DNA of 64,000 nt from Antechinus flavipes (GCF_016432865.1 NC_067398.1:6262001-6326000), one strand, 5' to 3'; positions 36,501-50,700 are shown, numbered from the stretch's first letter. Translations and numbers: made by a program. Notes: a model not told the origin generated them from the letters alone.

Positions 36501-37623
36501 AAAAAGTGAACTCTATAGAAGGAAAAAAAAGAGATTTGGGTCAGAATCTAGTCCAGTAGTTTTCATAGATCTTGCCAACTCTGATTCCTTTCTCTTTGCC
36601 TTTGAAAAGATGGCTTCTACCAGCAGGTTTCCTGTTATGGATGGGGACTGTGGCAGAAGAGTGCAAAATTAGTGGCACCTTAACAAATATGGGGCCAGGA
36701 GCTATAGGGTCAAGAGTCTGTCACTTACTACTTGTATGACTTGGACAAATAACCTTGTGTCACAAAGAACCTCAGCTTCTTCTCTGTAAAATGAATGGGT
36801 TGGATCCAGCCATTTTAATCCTTCATCTAATATAATGCTCATAGGCTTGGAAGACAAATACTGGGTAAAAAGAAAGGACTAATGGAAGTCTGATAACTAA
36901 TGGTCGGATAGTTTATCCACAGGCCAAGGATAAGAAGGATATATCCAATCCTACCTGGAATCATAACAATGACAGATAACTTTTCATATATCCTTTATAA
37001 TTATCAATTCATTTAAGTCGGAAGGCAATTGAGATAGCATTTCCATTTTTAAAAGTAAGTAAATGGTCTCAGAAAGGTAAAGTGACTTCCTGGTAGTAAC
37101 TCCATAATGCTCTACCTACTAAATCACAGAGTTTCCCAGTAGAACAGTACTCATTTGATGTGGCATTATTTTTTAATAAAATGCAGAGCAATTGTGGGAG
37201 TTTCTGCATTCTCTTTGTGACTTTCAGGAATTATTCAGGGAAGGAATGGAGTACATGAGGAGTTTTATGTTCTCTGACAGCACAAGTGGGAAAGATGGGC
37301 TTGTTCACAGACCTTAGGCAAAACCAGAATGTTTTTTTCTCATACTGGCTTCTTGGTGGTTGCCCAGCCTCCGTCATGTGGGCAGGAAGGAAAGCTGGGT
37401 CCTTATTTAATATGACCATGGGGTGGCAGGTGGGCCCCTAGGCAGGTGGTGACAAGAGCACCTGCTTCAAAGTAGTTATTGTGCTAGAACTTACCAAGAT
37501 CTGTGAAGAAAGCAGTCAAACCCTCCTAAGTAGAACTAGGAAACCGGGGAAGCAAGATCGTTCATTAAAAGTTTGCTTTCCATGTTCAGTTCATTTACTC
37601 AGCTAAGACATGCATTTGTTGGA

Positions 37624-37706
37624 ATCTCATCATCATCATTCCCTCTGCACCATCTTCTTCACCATCACCATCATCATCATTACCATCATCTTCTTCATCA
37701 TCATCC
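37624..37706. repeat. (CAT/CAC)n trinucleotide simple repeat
   Basis: Seen directly. Confidence 0.85.
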
Positions 37707-38839
37707 CTGTGGACTTGAAGAGCTCAAATCCTGGACCTACTGTGTGGCCCAAGGCAAGTTGATTCTCTCATTTCCTGTTTGCTCATTGATGATATGGGAG
37801 GATGTCCCTTCTAATGTCCCATTCACCTCCAAATCTGCGAGCCTATGTTCTCTGATACATATAGTCTCATGCTTTATTAGTTGATTAGACAACATGCAAT
37901 GGGCATTATTTATGCAATAGGCTGGTCCTTGCGGTGAGTGTGGGATGTTCAAAATAATTCTCTTCTCTCAAGAAGCTTCTATCGTAATAGCTCTGGCCAC
38001 ATTTTGATAGCTGGGTATGTACAAGAAACATATAGAGTGAACGGCAGATAATATCGGAAGGAAAGACTCCGACAACAGGTGGACTAGGAAAGGTCTTTTG
38101 CCAAAAGGTGATCAAAGGCTCCTAGGAAAGCTAACAGGCTCCTAGGAAGTAAAAGCCTTCCAGACATGGGAGATAACTGGCAGCAAGACAAAGTTGGAAA
38201 ATGGAGTGTTAAATTATAGCGGGATCACAAAGAATACAGAAGAATAGTCAGTGAAGAAGCATACATTACGCTCCTACTCTGTGCCAGGCATTGTGCTAAG
38301 AACAAAATATCAGAAGGTAGAAAAGATAGGAAAGAAAGAAAAGATAGGAAGGGGCCAGATTCAAATGACCAGCTTTGTCTAAGGCTATAAGGGATGCTTG
38401 GGGAACTGGAAAATCATCTGAAGATCATTTGGTTCTGAAGTTCAAAACTACTATGACAAAGACTTTATCTTTCTATGGGAGTGACATGGAAGGTTACTTT
38501 GACAGCTTGAAAAGATGGATTAAAGAGAGGAAGGGGGAGGTAGCAATACGATGAGTTGGGAGAGAGAATTCAATTTGTGGGTGTTCCATATAAGGATCTA
38601 GTGATGGCCTCAGACATAATGGGGAACAATATAACTGTCTATGGGATTCTCTAGTCCTTTGGATGTTAACTAAGCCTGATTGCATCTTTTTAGTCAGGAC
38701 ATCCAATTGTTGACTCCCCCTAACCTTGAAGTCCCCTCAAAACCCTCTGAGAATTTTCCATGAACTCTTATTTCTCTGTAGCTCTTCCATGCTATACTAG
38801 TGTTGCTGATTTTTAAAAATCAACTGCAAAGTTTGGCAT

Positions 38840-38841
<2 letters not shown>

Positions 38842-38894
<53 letters not shown>
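38842..38894. repeat. (TA)~26 microsatellite followed by an extremely AT-rich tract
   Basis: Seen directly. Confidence 0.95.
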
Positions 38895-38899
<5 letters not shown>

Positions 38900-41800
38900 T
38901 CATTTTAATATATTTAATATAAAAATATATAATATATTTAATAATATTCACTTAATATATAATAAAATAAATATATTAATATGTTTAATAAGAAGTTTTT
39001 AGCTTCTTGAGATATTTGGGACTTCGAATGACTTCATTTTATCATATGACCACTCTGAGAAATCTCCACTTCTTGGATCCTCCTCTCCTCATTAGTGACT
39101 CTTTCCCTGAGATTGCCCTTCCAGTAATGAGCCCATCCAGTCTTCAGGTTATCTTGCCTTCGTTCTCTCCAGAATCCTCTTCTTTCTCACCTACCACAGT
39201 GTCTCTGTGTGGCTACCCACACAGTGATAGCCTTCCTCCTACCATCTTTCCAATACCCTTATATGTTTTGTCTTGTGTGTAGGGACCAAACTTTCATGCT
39301 TGTATGGTCCTTAGAACTGTTATTGGCACATAGCACTTCATAAACTCTGTCTATCTCCCTCTCCCTCCCTCTCCTTCCTTTCCTTCTCTTTTACACATAC
39401 AGTTGTTATCACACTTTAAATCCACTTATTGATAAATCAATACTTTTTACTTCTGCTCCAATCATTCATTAAAATATCCAAATATCACAGCTGAGGCCAG
39501 ACTCCTATAATAGACCACCGAAGACCTTCTTTGACAAGAAAGGTTGATGTCGATTCGTTGCTGAATCATTTCGCCACTACTCAGCTAATCTCTCCCCATT
39601 AGTTTCACAAAGATGATTCAAAAGGTTGTAAAATATCTGCCTCTGATCAGGGAAACTGTGTGGGCTTCCAGGGGAAAAGCTCCTGAATTTCAAGCCAGAG
39701 GACAGGGGTTCAAATCTTTGCTTTGCCAAATGATTCTAGTGTGACACTGGGCAAGATGCCTAATGACTCAGGGTTTGTATTTCCTCATCTGCATAGTGAT
39801 TTCCAAAATGCATCCCACCTCTAAATCCATGAATCTCTTTGTCTAGACTATTCTTCTCCCCTACTAGTCTGGTTTTCCTATTTAAAAAAAAAAAAAAGAA
39901 CGAGTGAGAGGAGATGGTTTGTTTAGCATGATTTGTGGTTTGATGGCCTGTGAGGTCCCAGTATCTGGCACATAGTAGTCACTTCGTGATTGCTTTTGAA
40001 TAAAGGAATGAAGTCTCGATCTATAGGAATCTGATTCCATATGGCTCATGATGTCAGCCTTGTGAGGGGAGAGAAAGATGAGGAGGAAACCAAAAGGAAG
40101 ATCAGTAAGGTGGTCAGCAAAAGTAAAACTATCCCCTACCCAGATCAGCTCAAGAACTTGTCATGTTTAGCTTGGAGAAAAGTAGATTTGAGGGAGAGGG
40201 GAGGGAGACAAGCTAGCTGTTTTCAAGTATTGCAGGACTAATCTGTCAAGAGAGACAGCAGGGTTCTGGGTCAAAGGCAATGTGGTACAGTGATAGAAGC
40301 TTGAGATTTGGAGTCTGTGGGCTGGGTTTAACTCTTTATTCAAATAGTTTATTTTTGTGATTTTTGAACCAATCTCCCCAGGATTTAATTTCCTTCTGTG
40401 GATAATAAGAGTTTAGAATAGATGATCTTGCAGGTCCCCTTAAGTTCTAAATTTATAAAAATGATTGTGTTCCATGACTCAGTGAAGCATTTGAGTGGAT
40501 ATGCACCCAGTTTCTATCTTGGGAATTCTCAATGATTTGTAAACAATAACATGAATAATATTATTAATAGTTAGTAACTTATACAAAATGTTTTAAGATT
40601 TGCTAAGTGCTTTTCATGATACTTTAGTCCAGCCTTTAGTCAGAATCTTTTTTTTTTTAAGAGGGGACAGACAGTCAAAAGCCAACTTCGAACTAATTTT
40701 CCTTCACCTGCAGATGCTGGAGTTCACTCCAACAAGGATGCTCAGACTTCCAGTCAATATTGCAAAAAGAGATTTATTCAGGACACTAATAAGGGAAGTC
40801 TTGAAGTAAATGGAATGAGGGCCATCATCCAGAAGGTGAGTCAGTAAGTTCTGGATTCCTGCTCTGCCTCTGACCTTTGCTAAGTTATGAATAAGAAGCT
40901 ACCACTTATCCAAGCCCAATACTCCACGTGAATATGGGCAATCCTAGATCCTATGTCCTGGGGATAATCTTCAAGTGCTATGAAAATGGCCTCGATTATT
41001 ACTATTAATTACTATGACTATTAATAACGGACAGGTTAACATTCTTCGAGATGAGCTCTATTTCTTGCCCAGTATTTCTCTTTTTTCTGAATGGTATGGT
41101 TCACTTTCAAATCCAGAAAACTCATGATACTAGTGCAGATTGTCTGGGGGCAATTGAGTTTCTTTGGTCTGAGATTTCTACAATGGCGGCTCTAGGATTT
41201 TACCTTTGCAAAAGGGAAAGAGACCAAAGAAAGGAAGAAGATTCTCTCTTGCCTCTTATATACTATGTTAAAATCTGGTGAGATTGATCTGATGTTAGAA
41301 GTGGCAGGGGCAGATTTCAATTGTATACAAATTAGATAGAACTTGGTAAACAATAGAATTGTCCTTCCTTCCAAATATCCTTTGTGGTGACCATGAGCAA
41401 CAGAGCATTTGGCTGAATGGACCAGTGTTGGCAGGCTTCTAGGCCCTCTTGGGAATTCTTTGACAAGCACAATGGCATTCGACAATATATGCTTTCCTTC
41501 TAGCATTGTTTTTAAGCTGCTGCTAGCTGGTATGAACAAAACTCTGAGCCTCAACATTGCAGACGGATTCGGCCACAACGATTGGAAATGTCTTTTGACA
41601 CTTCCATCATGGCAGTCAGTTTAGCACTTTAGCCAATGTTCTCTGGGACTAGGGAGACCCTCCTCTCCTGCCTGAATTAGGAGTTTTCTGTGTGGAAGTC
41701 TCCTTCCAAAGAGAAGGGAGTGAGCAATGCTTGCCTGAGGCTTTTGCCTTGGAGCCAGATGTTTCATGTGTCACAGTAGCAAGAAAGAAGGATTTTGAAA

Positions 41801-42179
41801 TGGATACTGCAGTGAAGAGCTAGCTGTGTGGCTAAACAGAATCTTGACCTACCACAGTGAAGAGAATCCTCTGAAATCTCATCCCTGGGTGGCAGGGCTA
41901 GGAGATCACCTCTTCTCCAACAGATGGTGACCACAGACTAATCTGGATTCTGGGAATCAGAAGTCAAACAGCAGGGAAACCCAGGAAGGAAGAGTTTGTG
42001 AAATTCACATAATCATCCCAAATGGTTCTGAGACATATTACCTGAAAGTGATAGATTTCTTTTTTAAAAATGAAGTCAGAAAATAATAATATAGTAATTC
42101 TTTGGATATCTATGGCTTTCCCCCAAATATCAACATTTAGGAAATCACCTGATTTCAGAATTGAAAAAGGTTCAGCGTT

Positions 42180-42365
42180 CATGTAATCTAACTACCATCT
42201 GAAGGAGAAGCTTCCCTGTACCCCACATTCCCCCCGATACATTGCAGTCCAGCCTCTGCTTTAAGAAACCTCCATTCTTAATGAATCGTTATTTCTTCCC
42301 AAGGCAGCTGTTCCCCTGTGGAATAGTTCTCATTGCTAGGAAATTTGTTTAGTTTTTCCTTCTGA
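42180..42365 (-). mobile_element. CR1/L3 fragment
   Basis: tccagcctctgctt...caaggcagctgttcccctgtggaatagttctcattgctaggaaattt. Confidence 0.5.
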
Positions 42366-42593
42366 TATCAACTAACTTGGCTGTCCTTCTTTCACGAGCT
42401 GTCCCACTTCTCCTTTCTCACCTAGTTTCACTACTTTGGTACTAACTTCTCTTGCAGGAATCAGAAAGCTCCTACTGGGGATAAGCTTATCATTCTGTAA
42501 GATATCATTGACCTGGGGACTCCACCTCACCACAGACCACACTTTCTCAGTCCTTCTAGAACTCCCAAATATCTTCTCATTTCTCATCTACTA

Positions 42594-42954
42594 TTTTTTA
42601 AAAAAAGCTTTTTATTTTCAAAACATATACATAGATAGTTTTCATCATTCACCCTTGCAAAACCTTGTGCTCCAATTTTTTTTCTCCCTCCCTTCCTCCA
42701 TCCCCTCCCCTGGATGGAAAGTAATCTGATATTAAACATGTGCAATTCTTCTAAACGTATTTCCATAATTATCCTGCTGCACAAGAAAAATCAGATCAAA
42801 AAGGAAAAGAAATGAGAAAGAAAACAAAATGCAAGCAAATAACAACAAAAAAGGTGAAAATACTATGTTGTGATCCACACTCAGTCCCCACAGTCCTATC
42901 TCTGGATGTGGATGGCTCTCCATCACAAGACCATTGGGACTGGCCTCAATCACC
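42594..42954 (-). mobile_element. Marsupial-type L1 3' end (~360 nt)
   Basis: aaagctttttattttcaaaacatatac...cacccttgcaaaaccttgtgctccaattt...gcacaagaaaaatcagatcaaaaagg...actatgttgtgatccacactcagtccccacagtcc. Confidence 0.8.
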
Positions 42955-44089
42955 CTATTATCCACGAGGGACCTTTGCCTAACATACATACATCTACCTA
43001 AAAAAAAATCACATAAAAATCACACACACCAAGTCACATAAGCCTCCTTTCATTTTGTAAACACCACATTGGATCATGTCTGGCAGAAGGGAAAATGAAA
43101 AATAGAAACCTAAATGTAAATTTCCATTATTACAGTGGTGGTAAGAATCCTTCAGGAGCACATAAACTCTTTAAGGACAGAGACTGGTTCGTTTTATCTT
43201 TATAGTAACAGTTGAAAGATTGTACCAAAAGAGAATAGTCTCACCACATTGCCTAGACACTAAAGAAATCCTTGGTGATTGGCTATTCAACTCACGCCCT
43301 GTGTTTTGGTTGGCTTTGGTAAGCTTTCGGTGGATGGTCTTGAGATCAATCGTGGCCAAAGGATTTGATTTCCCAAGGACCTCCCCTACGTTGAGCCTCT
43401 CAAAGCTCATTTGGGCTGGTTTTAAACAACTCGACTGATTTGGCCTGCTCTGCTCTGCTCACAGATGAATCAGAAGTTGAGACAGGCAGCCGTTGGTTTA
43501 TGACTTTTGGCTGGGAGCTCAGGGGAATGGAACAAAACAAAGATGATTGATTTGAGAAGATGGAGATTTAAAAAATAAAAAAAAAAATAAATAAATACAA
43601 AGTTAAGTTCAGTCTGTAAGCCCTGTTTCTCTAAACATGAGTAGTGGATGGGCTATTTTCTGCTGGGGAAAAGAGGGAGGTGTGAGCTCACACCAGGGCC
43701 TAGATATGAGCATACTAGTCAGCAATAAATATTTATAAAAGGAGCCGTGGGCATTTAGACCATTAGCCTGCCACATACTGCTTCCACACAATGAAATATG
43801 AAAGCTTAAGTCATGGTAAAGCAAGGCAGGGATTAAATTTAGTCAGGGGGAACATTTCATGGACTTTTTCAACTGAAGATCTCTGCAGACTTTCACTGTA
43901 TAGAAAATCATGATTTCCGATGGGACAACTGCTTTCTATCATGTTTCCTTTCCTTTTTTTTTTTTTTTCCCTGTGAGAAGATATTCTCTCAAAGGGGACA
44001 TTTTAAACTCTTCATCATGGGCAACATGAATAAAGGTGTCCTCGTTTTGGACATTTAAGTGGGCTATGGGATTTTAGAATGCCAGGGAG

Positions 44090-44330
44090 AGGAGAAATTT
44101 CTTAAGTCATCCCATCCCATCTGGACCAAATAGGAATTGTGGATGATTGCTCATTCTGAGCCTACCTGAAGACCTCCACTGAGAGGGAGTATCCTCTTAT
44201 GCTGGCAGCTCTGTTGGCAAATTTTCTCTTATATTCACTCAAAATCTCTGTGAAGTACTTAAATAAAGTTTTAGGGCACTTTCTTCTGACAAATCCTCTT
44301 GATACAGGACCTTTAACTTGACCTTATGCA
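44090..44330 (-). mobile_element. CR1/L3 or MIR3-tail fragment
   Basis: gcctacctgaagacctccactgagaggga...ggcagctctgttggcaaattttctcttatattc. Confidence 0.45.
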
Positions 44331-45799
44331 ACATGGCTCTGCATTATCTTCCCATCACCCTCTAGAAGCATCTATCTGCCTGGGGGACTGGATTGGGTTG
44401 AGAGAGATGATTTACCAACCTTCTAAACATTCTCACGAGGTTCCCCATTACAGGTGAGGGGGGCCCTTTCCTAGCTTGGGGTCTTTTTTTGCTTTAAAGA
44501 AAATATGATAGGATTTTCTAACAGTTGTCAGTGGAAGCAGAGTGGTTGCAGATCACAAAATGCAAAGCTGTGGTGCAAGGAAGTATAAACAGTCAAAAGC
44601 AAAAAGCATGATCTCACTATTGGGTAAAGAACAAACATTAATCAATGAGATTTACAGTTATGAAATACATAGGTCTCAATAACCCTGTGGGACACTAATG
44701 AAAATACATTTATGCCCATGTTGTAGATAAGGAAACAGTCTCTGACAGAAGACCCTGTACAGGGTCACACAGCTAGTAAGTGAACCAGGATTCAAACCCA
44801 GGACTCCTCCCTCTTTTTATGACACCATACTGCCTCTCCTTACAAAGGGAAAAGGCAGCACAAATGTGTGGTTTTGAGTCAAACATATTCATTATGTAAA
44901 TTAGCTCAGCCTGGCTTCAGCTGGGTATCTGTAACTTTCCTTGGCAATATGGGTTACTCTTTCCCTTGCAGACATGTTCACATGTGTCTGTCTGGGTGCT
45001 CCCATATGTACATCATTTAGCCATGTACAATGAGCCCTCTTTTCTGAAAGGCATGACTTGTGAGTGGATGCTATTTGAAGCATATGTTATGGCCATAAGA
45101 AGACAGGACGGACTAATGTAATTAACTGAGATCATGAGGGCTGCCAGAGATCCTGGGGGGGGGGGGTGTTACAGTTGTAAGCCCACAAAAACAGAAAAGG
45201 ATTTTAAATTATGGAGTAGCATGCCCTTGTTTCCGTTCAGGAGCTGGTCACAAAGCCACCAAGAATGAGAAACAATCATGTGTAGATATGGCGAAAGATG
45301 AATATGAGCTGTAAAATTCTCAATAGTTGCTAATTATGACAAGTAATGATTGCACGGCACTTTCAATTTTCAAAGCATTCTCTGGGCATTGGTACCTACC
45401 AGCCACCCTCTGAGAGATGCACAGTATTATCCCAATTTAGAAATGAGAAAAATGACAATTAAATAAGTTCCATGGCTATCCCACTGTCACATAGCTAGTA
45501 ATTGACAGAAACAAGACTAGAGTTCAGGCCTTTCACTGTCAAAGCTGTATCTCTTTCCATCAACCCGCATTGCTCTCAGATCATTAGTTCCTAATCTAGG
45601 GTCTATGGAAGGGTTTGTGGATAAATTTCGAAGGATCCTTGGAGTTGGAGAGGAAAAAAAATCTTAATTTCAATATAATTGGTTTCCTTTGTAATTATTT
45701 TGTTATTTATTTTTATTATTGTATTTAAAGACAGTTATTGCCAGACTATCAGTGGGGTCTATGATACACAAAATATGTTAAGAATATCTCCTTTAGGTA

Positions 45800-46360
45800 T
45801 TCACTCATTCAATCATTCAACAAACATTTATGAAGAACACAGCTCTAGAAGCTGGAGAATACAAAGACAAAAAACCACAAACATTCCTTGGCTTCAAGAA
45901 ATTTCCCTTCTGCTGGAGGAAATCATTGCGAATGTAGCTAACTAAATTCGAAATAATACAGAGTAAAAACAAAGTCACATGCTCGGACCTCAGCAATATC
46001 AATTTGGTAACTGCAGTGGATGAATGGAAAGAAAAGGGACAGGATGCAGTAAACCATCATTAGGAGACTGTTGTAATGTCCAGCCAAGAAGCTCTAAAGG
46101 CCTATACCAAGGGAGAGATATTCCATGTAGGAAAGAGATTTGAGAGCTGTCATGGTTTTAGAATTGGAAACTTTTGCTATTGTAGAGGACCCAGTTGGAG
46201 ATGGCTCTGCAGTTTTGAAACTGGGAGACTGAAAGTGCACACAATAAAAATAGGAAATGGAGTGGGAAAATAATGAATTTAGTTTGGGACATGTTGAGTT
46301 TTAAATAGGCATTAATCAAATTAGGACATCAAGATGAAGGTGTCTAATAGGCAGTTGCTG
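45800..46360 (-). mobile_element. L2 LINE 3' fragment
   Basis: cattcaatcattcaacaaacatttat (reverse L2 tail) then L2 body motifs (ttaggagactgttgtaatgtccag..., gaatttagtttgggacatgttgagttt). Confidence 0.7.
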
Positions 46361-47562
46361 AGTAGGACACTCAGGTAGATACATAACAATTAATTCTCAA
46401 ACAATTATCTGGGGCTTCTGATGTTCTAGGTACTGTGCTAAATATAGAATATTTTGCATGAAGTCGAGAGAAATGATTTTTTTTCATTAAAAACTAACTT
46501 TTAAATTAGGACCAAGTTTTCCCCCTTTCCACTTCCTCATCCAGAAATCAACCAGTGTGGAAATCTCAGGCAAAGACTTACACAGGCTAAGATCTAATCA
46601 AAGACAGTAAAAGAAATTTTAAGTTTAGGTGACTGGGTGGATTTCTGTTCATTGTGTTTAGTCAAGCAGGTCTAGAAAAATATGGATTCTTCCTTTTGTC
46701 AGACAGTGAGAGGGAAATGAATGTCTCTTTTCTTTGAGCAAGACTTGGGTGATCCAAGTCATATACCTCCAAGACCACCATTAGAATGAGCCCACATCTC
46801 ATTATAATTTTCATTTTCTCATTAATTGTTAATCAATCAAACTTGATTGTCACTTTCAGGAACACCCATTTTAACAAGGGCATATAAGTTGTGAACTTGC
46901 CACCATGATGGTCTTCGGTATTTGACCACTTTTCTTGACAACATGCTAGCATTATTAATAAAGTGACTAATCATAAAGAACTTTTTAAATGTCACAAAGT
47001 CCAAATCAAATGTGGATTATAAACCATGTTCAANNNNNNNNNNNNNNNNNNNNNNNNNNNNNNNNNNNNNNNNNNNNNNNNNNNNNNNNNNNNNNNNNNN
47101 NNNNNNNNNNNNNNNNNNNNNNNNNNNNNNNNNNNNNNNNNNNNNNNNNNNNNNNNNNNNNNNNNNNNNNNNNNNNNNNNNNNNNNNNNNNNNNNNNNNN
47201 NNNNNNNNNNNNNNNNNNNNNNNNNNNNNNNNNNNNNNNNCCCTTCCAACTTCTTGACTGGGCACATGGGTGACATCACTTGGGAGTTTCAGAAATAACG
47301 AAGACCCTGTCTACTTCTGGTCTTTGTTGTTTGACTAGATGTGAAAAACCCTTAACGGTATCTTGGTCTTCCACTGACCCATGGCAATGGTAGAGGAGAG
47401 AGACAGTTATCAGGTATTGACCCTTCAAAAGGCTTTGAGTAACTCTGACTTGGGGGCTGCAGATGGTCTGGCCTTTCACCTCCCTAATATTATGGTAATC
47501 ACTTCACATAGCATGTAGTGTAGCAGTTCTCTATTAGACACCTGGATCTCTCTAAGTACCTA

Positions 47563-47709
47563 GGTCCCCACGAGGTTCCTGCCATTTTGGTCCCCACGAG
47601 GTTCCTGCCATTTTGGTCCCCACCAGGTTCATTCAATCATTCAACAAACATTTATGAAGAACACAGCTCTAAAAGCTGGAGAATACAAAGCCAAAAAACC
47701 TGCCATTTT
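47563..47709. repeat. 26-bp tandem repeat GGTCCCCACGAGGTTCCTGCCATTTT x3; third copy split by a 69-bp insert
   Basis: Units 47563-47588 and 47589-47614; third unit 47615-47630 plus 47700-47709. Confidence 0.9.
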
Positions 47710-50700
47710 GTATTTCCTTTACCGTAGAGGTAACCAAGCACCAGCCGTACAGTGGGATATACCTCTGCTTATGGAGCATATATCTGAATGATGATGTAGC
47801 ACAGGCGACCCAGGAGGAGCTGTGAGTAAGATAAAAGGAGAACATGCAGAGAACAGCTAACAATGAAGAGAACATCTTGGAGAAATCTGGGTAATCAAAC
47901 TATGCATAGGCCAGAAAACATGAGGACTGAGAAAAGATGATTGAATTTGTAAATAAATAACTTCTCATGTGTAATTATAATTGAAATCCATTTAAAAGTG
48001 TTTGAAGACATGTACCTTTGGAAATGTTGCTGGACAACTGAATCGTGGAGCAGATGGCGGGACTTCATTGGTTGGTTTCCAAACTCTTCCTTACATGTGT
48101 CATTTCTCTTGTGCTTTGGGGCCTGAGGAATCCCTCCTGCTGTGCCAGGCATCAGTTAGGGAATATGTTTGAAATGGATCCCAAATGCCAAGAAGGAGGA
48201 TCTGGGAAGGAGGGGTCAACCCAAAGGCTTGAGGCTGGGTCTGATTTGGGGGGAGTGAAGTCATGGGTCACGGAAGGATTTCTGTTCCAGGAGGCTCTTC
48301 CCCAGAATTTTTTTAGCAGAGACTCCTTGTAGAATCTGCAGCCCCAAAAACCTGTGACAATCCGAACCCAGAATTCACTAAGGCAAATGTGGCAGCAATC
48401 ATCGGCACATTCCTGGTTCCAAGCCAGGCTTCCCAGCCCAGTAACATCCAGAACAGATAGATTGGAAATGTGGTTTCTATAAGAGCTTTCTCAGGGAACT
48501 GTGTGTAGTAGAGATCATTTAGACCTAAGTGGGAGCTCACAAAGAGATGAGGGAAGGCCTAGGGTGAACACCAGAGACTTGTAAAAGTTACAAAAAAGGG
48601 GATCTAAAAAGCCAGATTTCCTTCCTTCCTTCCTTTCTTTCTCATTGTCCCAAATTACCCCATACCAGATTGTTCAGGGCAGAACAATGTCAGCCTGGGA
48701 AAGTGGAAGATATGGTTAACATACCTTTTAAAAGCTTGAAACTTCTAATGATTAGGTTCAACTCGGGGACTGGGCATGGATAGGATTTTTCATATGTACC
48801 CAGGAAGATTTAAAATGATTTGAGGAAAGGTAAACCCCTAAATTCTGGTTTGTCAAGGAGAGGGTGAAATAAATCAAATTTTTGAATAATAATTATAATG
48901 TTTCAAGGATCTAGGATTATTCCTTCCATTGATAGGCATCACGACACTGTTCCAATTAATAAATAACCAGCAAGAATCGCTGTGATTGAAGAATCATCTA
49001 GTTGCCAGAGTGATGTGTCCTTAACGAGACTGGTCCACGCTCTGTCACCAGCCATCCTCACTGGGTCAGCATTGGAGAACTGAAGTTCAAACTCTTCATT
49101 GTACAGATAAAGAACAGAGGCTCAAAGGGCTCGAGGTCACATGCTAGGGAAGGAGCAGACTTTTTCAGTGAGGATTTCCCAGTCTGTGTTCTGTAGACAT
49201 AGCCCGTGAGCAATGGGGACTAATGGAGCCTTGGAGGAGAATTTTAATGGAGAAAAATAACCAGAATCATAATCATCATAATAAAACTATAATGATAATA
49301 ATATCTACTATCATACTTTGTGTTTTACATTTGGTATATAGAATCTCCTTTGATTCCATAACAACCATGTGAGGTGGGGACTACATGTATTTATTTCCAC
49401 TTTATTGATGAGGAAATAGAAATTCAAAAAAATTCAGTGATGTGACTAGAGTTAACTAACTAGGACTTCCAACATGCCTAATGAAAAAGTTGCCTCAATG
49501 AACAGCCTATCACCCCCAAACAGAAATTCTTAACCTGGAGAATTATTTGGTTGGTTTGTTTATTTTTTTAATATTCCCAAACCATATTTCAAGAGAATTG
49601 GCTTTCTTTATATTCTGAGTGTTTTATTTTATGCAACGAAAGGTGTTATTCTTCATCAGAACACTGTCCAAGGGTTCCATGATCACCCCCACAGGCATAC
49701 AGACCCATCCCCAGACCCACACATACACCCATTCCCCCCAGACACATAGAGTGTTATGAATCCCTATCATAGGCTTTGATCTACATTATACTAGTCTTTT
49801 ATTTTGTTCATGCCTCTGATTTAATTAGTAGAGAGGGGAAACCCAGACGGACCACTTGTTTGGCTACATTTTATGTTGAAGTTTTCTAGAGACATCAGGA
49901 GATCGAATGATTTATTCAGGAAAACTGGCCAGGATGTTTCAGAGGTGGGACCTGAATCCAGGTCCTGGGATCTCAGACGCCTGCTTCTTATCCAGGTCAG
50001 GCTGTCCCTCTTTGCTCTAGCAATTATGGAAAATCCCAATGGGTGCTCAGTGTACGTTGCAGAATGGAGCTCGGGACAGCAATCTTATTGTGCAGGGACA
50101 CTCAAAGGATGAGAGGATGTCTGTTTTTTCTGTTGTATTCATCGGATTTGGCATCCACTCTCGTTAGAGCTGTGTACATATTTTTTCCCTTTTGCAAATG
50201 CAGTCTGGAGTCTGGCTCCCAGGTGATCGGAGGTGTCAGCCCTTAACAAAATTCTGACAACAAAACTAGTTCCTCTGTGACTACCCAAAGGTTTATGGAC
50301 ACAAAGCTCATCTGAACTTTCCAAATGCAGAGATTCTGCCAAGTTGGCTTGGAGACCTGTCAAGAATGGGCATCTTCCCAAGCCTTCCACAACTTCCATG
50401 TCTGAGCTCTGCCAGAAATCAAAGAAGAAAAAGGTTTTCTTGTTGCGTTTTGACACAAACCCCTCTCCCCATTTGGGTCCCTGCTGGAAACGTGGCCTTA
50501 AAATGTATCCAAGTGCCCCGTCATCGCAGCTCGACATTGGGAACGGGAGAGAATGTGGGGAAGGCGACTGCAGGCTCAGAGGAGGTTTACAAGGGATCTG
50601 ACCGTGGTCACTCGGCCTGAGCAGAAGTCAATGCCGAGAGCGAGTACTTCCAAGTCGGATGCTGCCAGGCGGGCCCAGCTAAGTAGGGATGGGGGCTGGA

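Noticed and set aside
37573-37884. ORF with a poly-His tract
   Set aside because: Translation of a (CAT/CAC)n microsatellite; no splice or homology support.
47563-47709. Repeat-insert-repeat structure superficially like a CRISPR repeat-spacer unit
   Set aside because: Eukaryotic DNA, no cas genes, first units head-to-tail with no spacers, and the insert is a local L2 copy.
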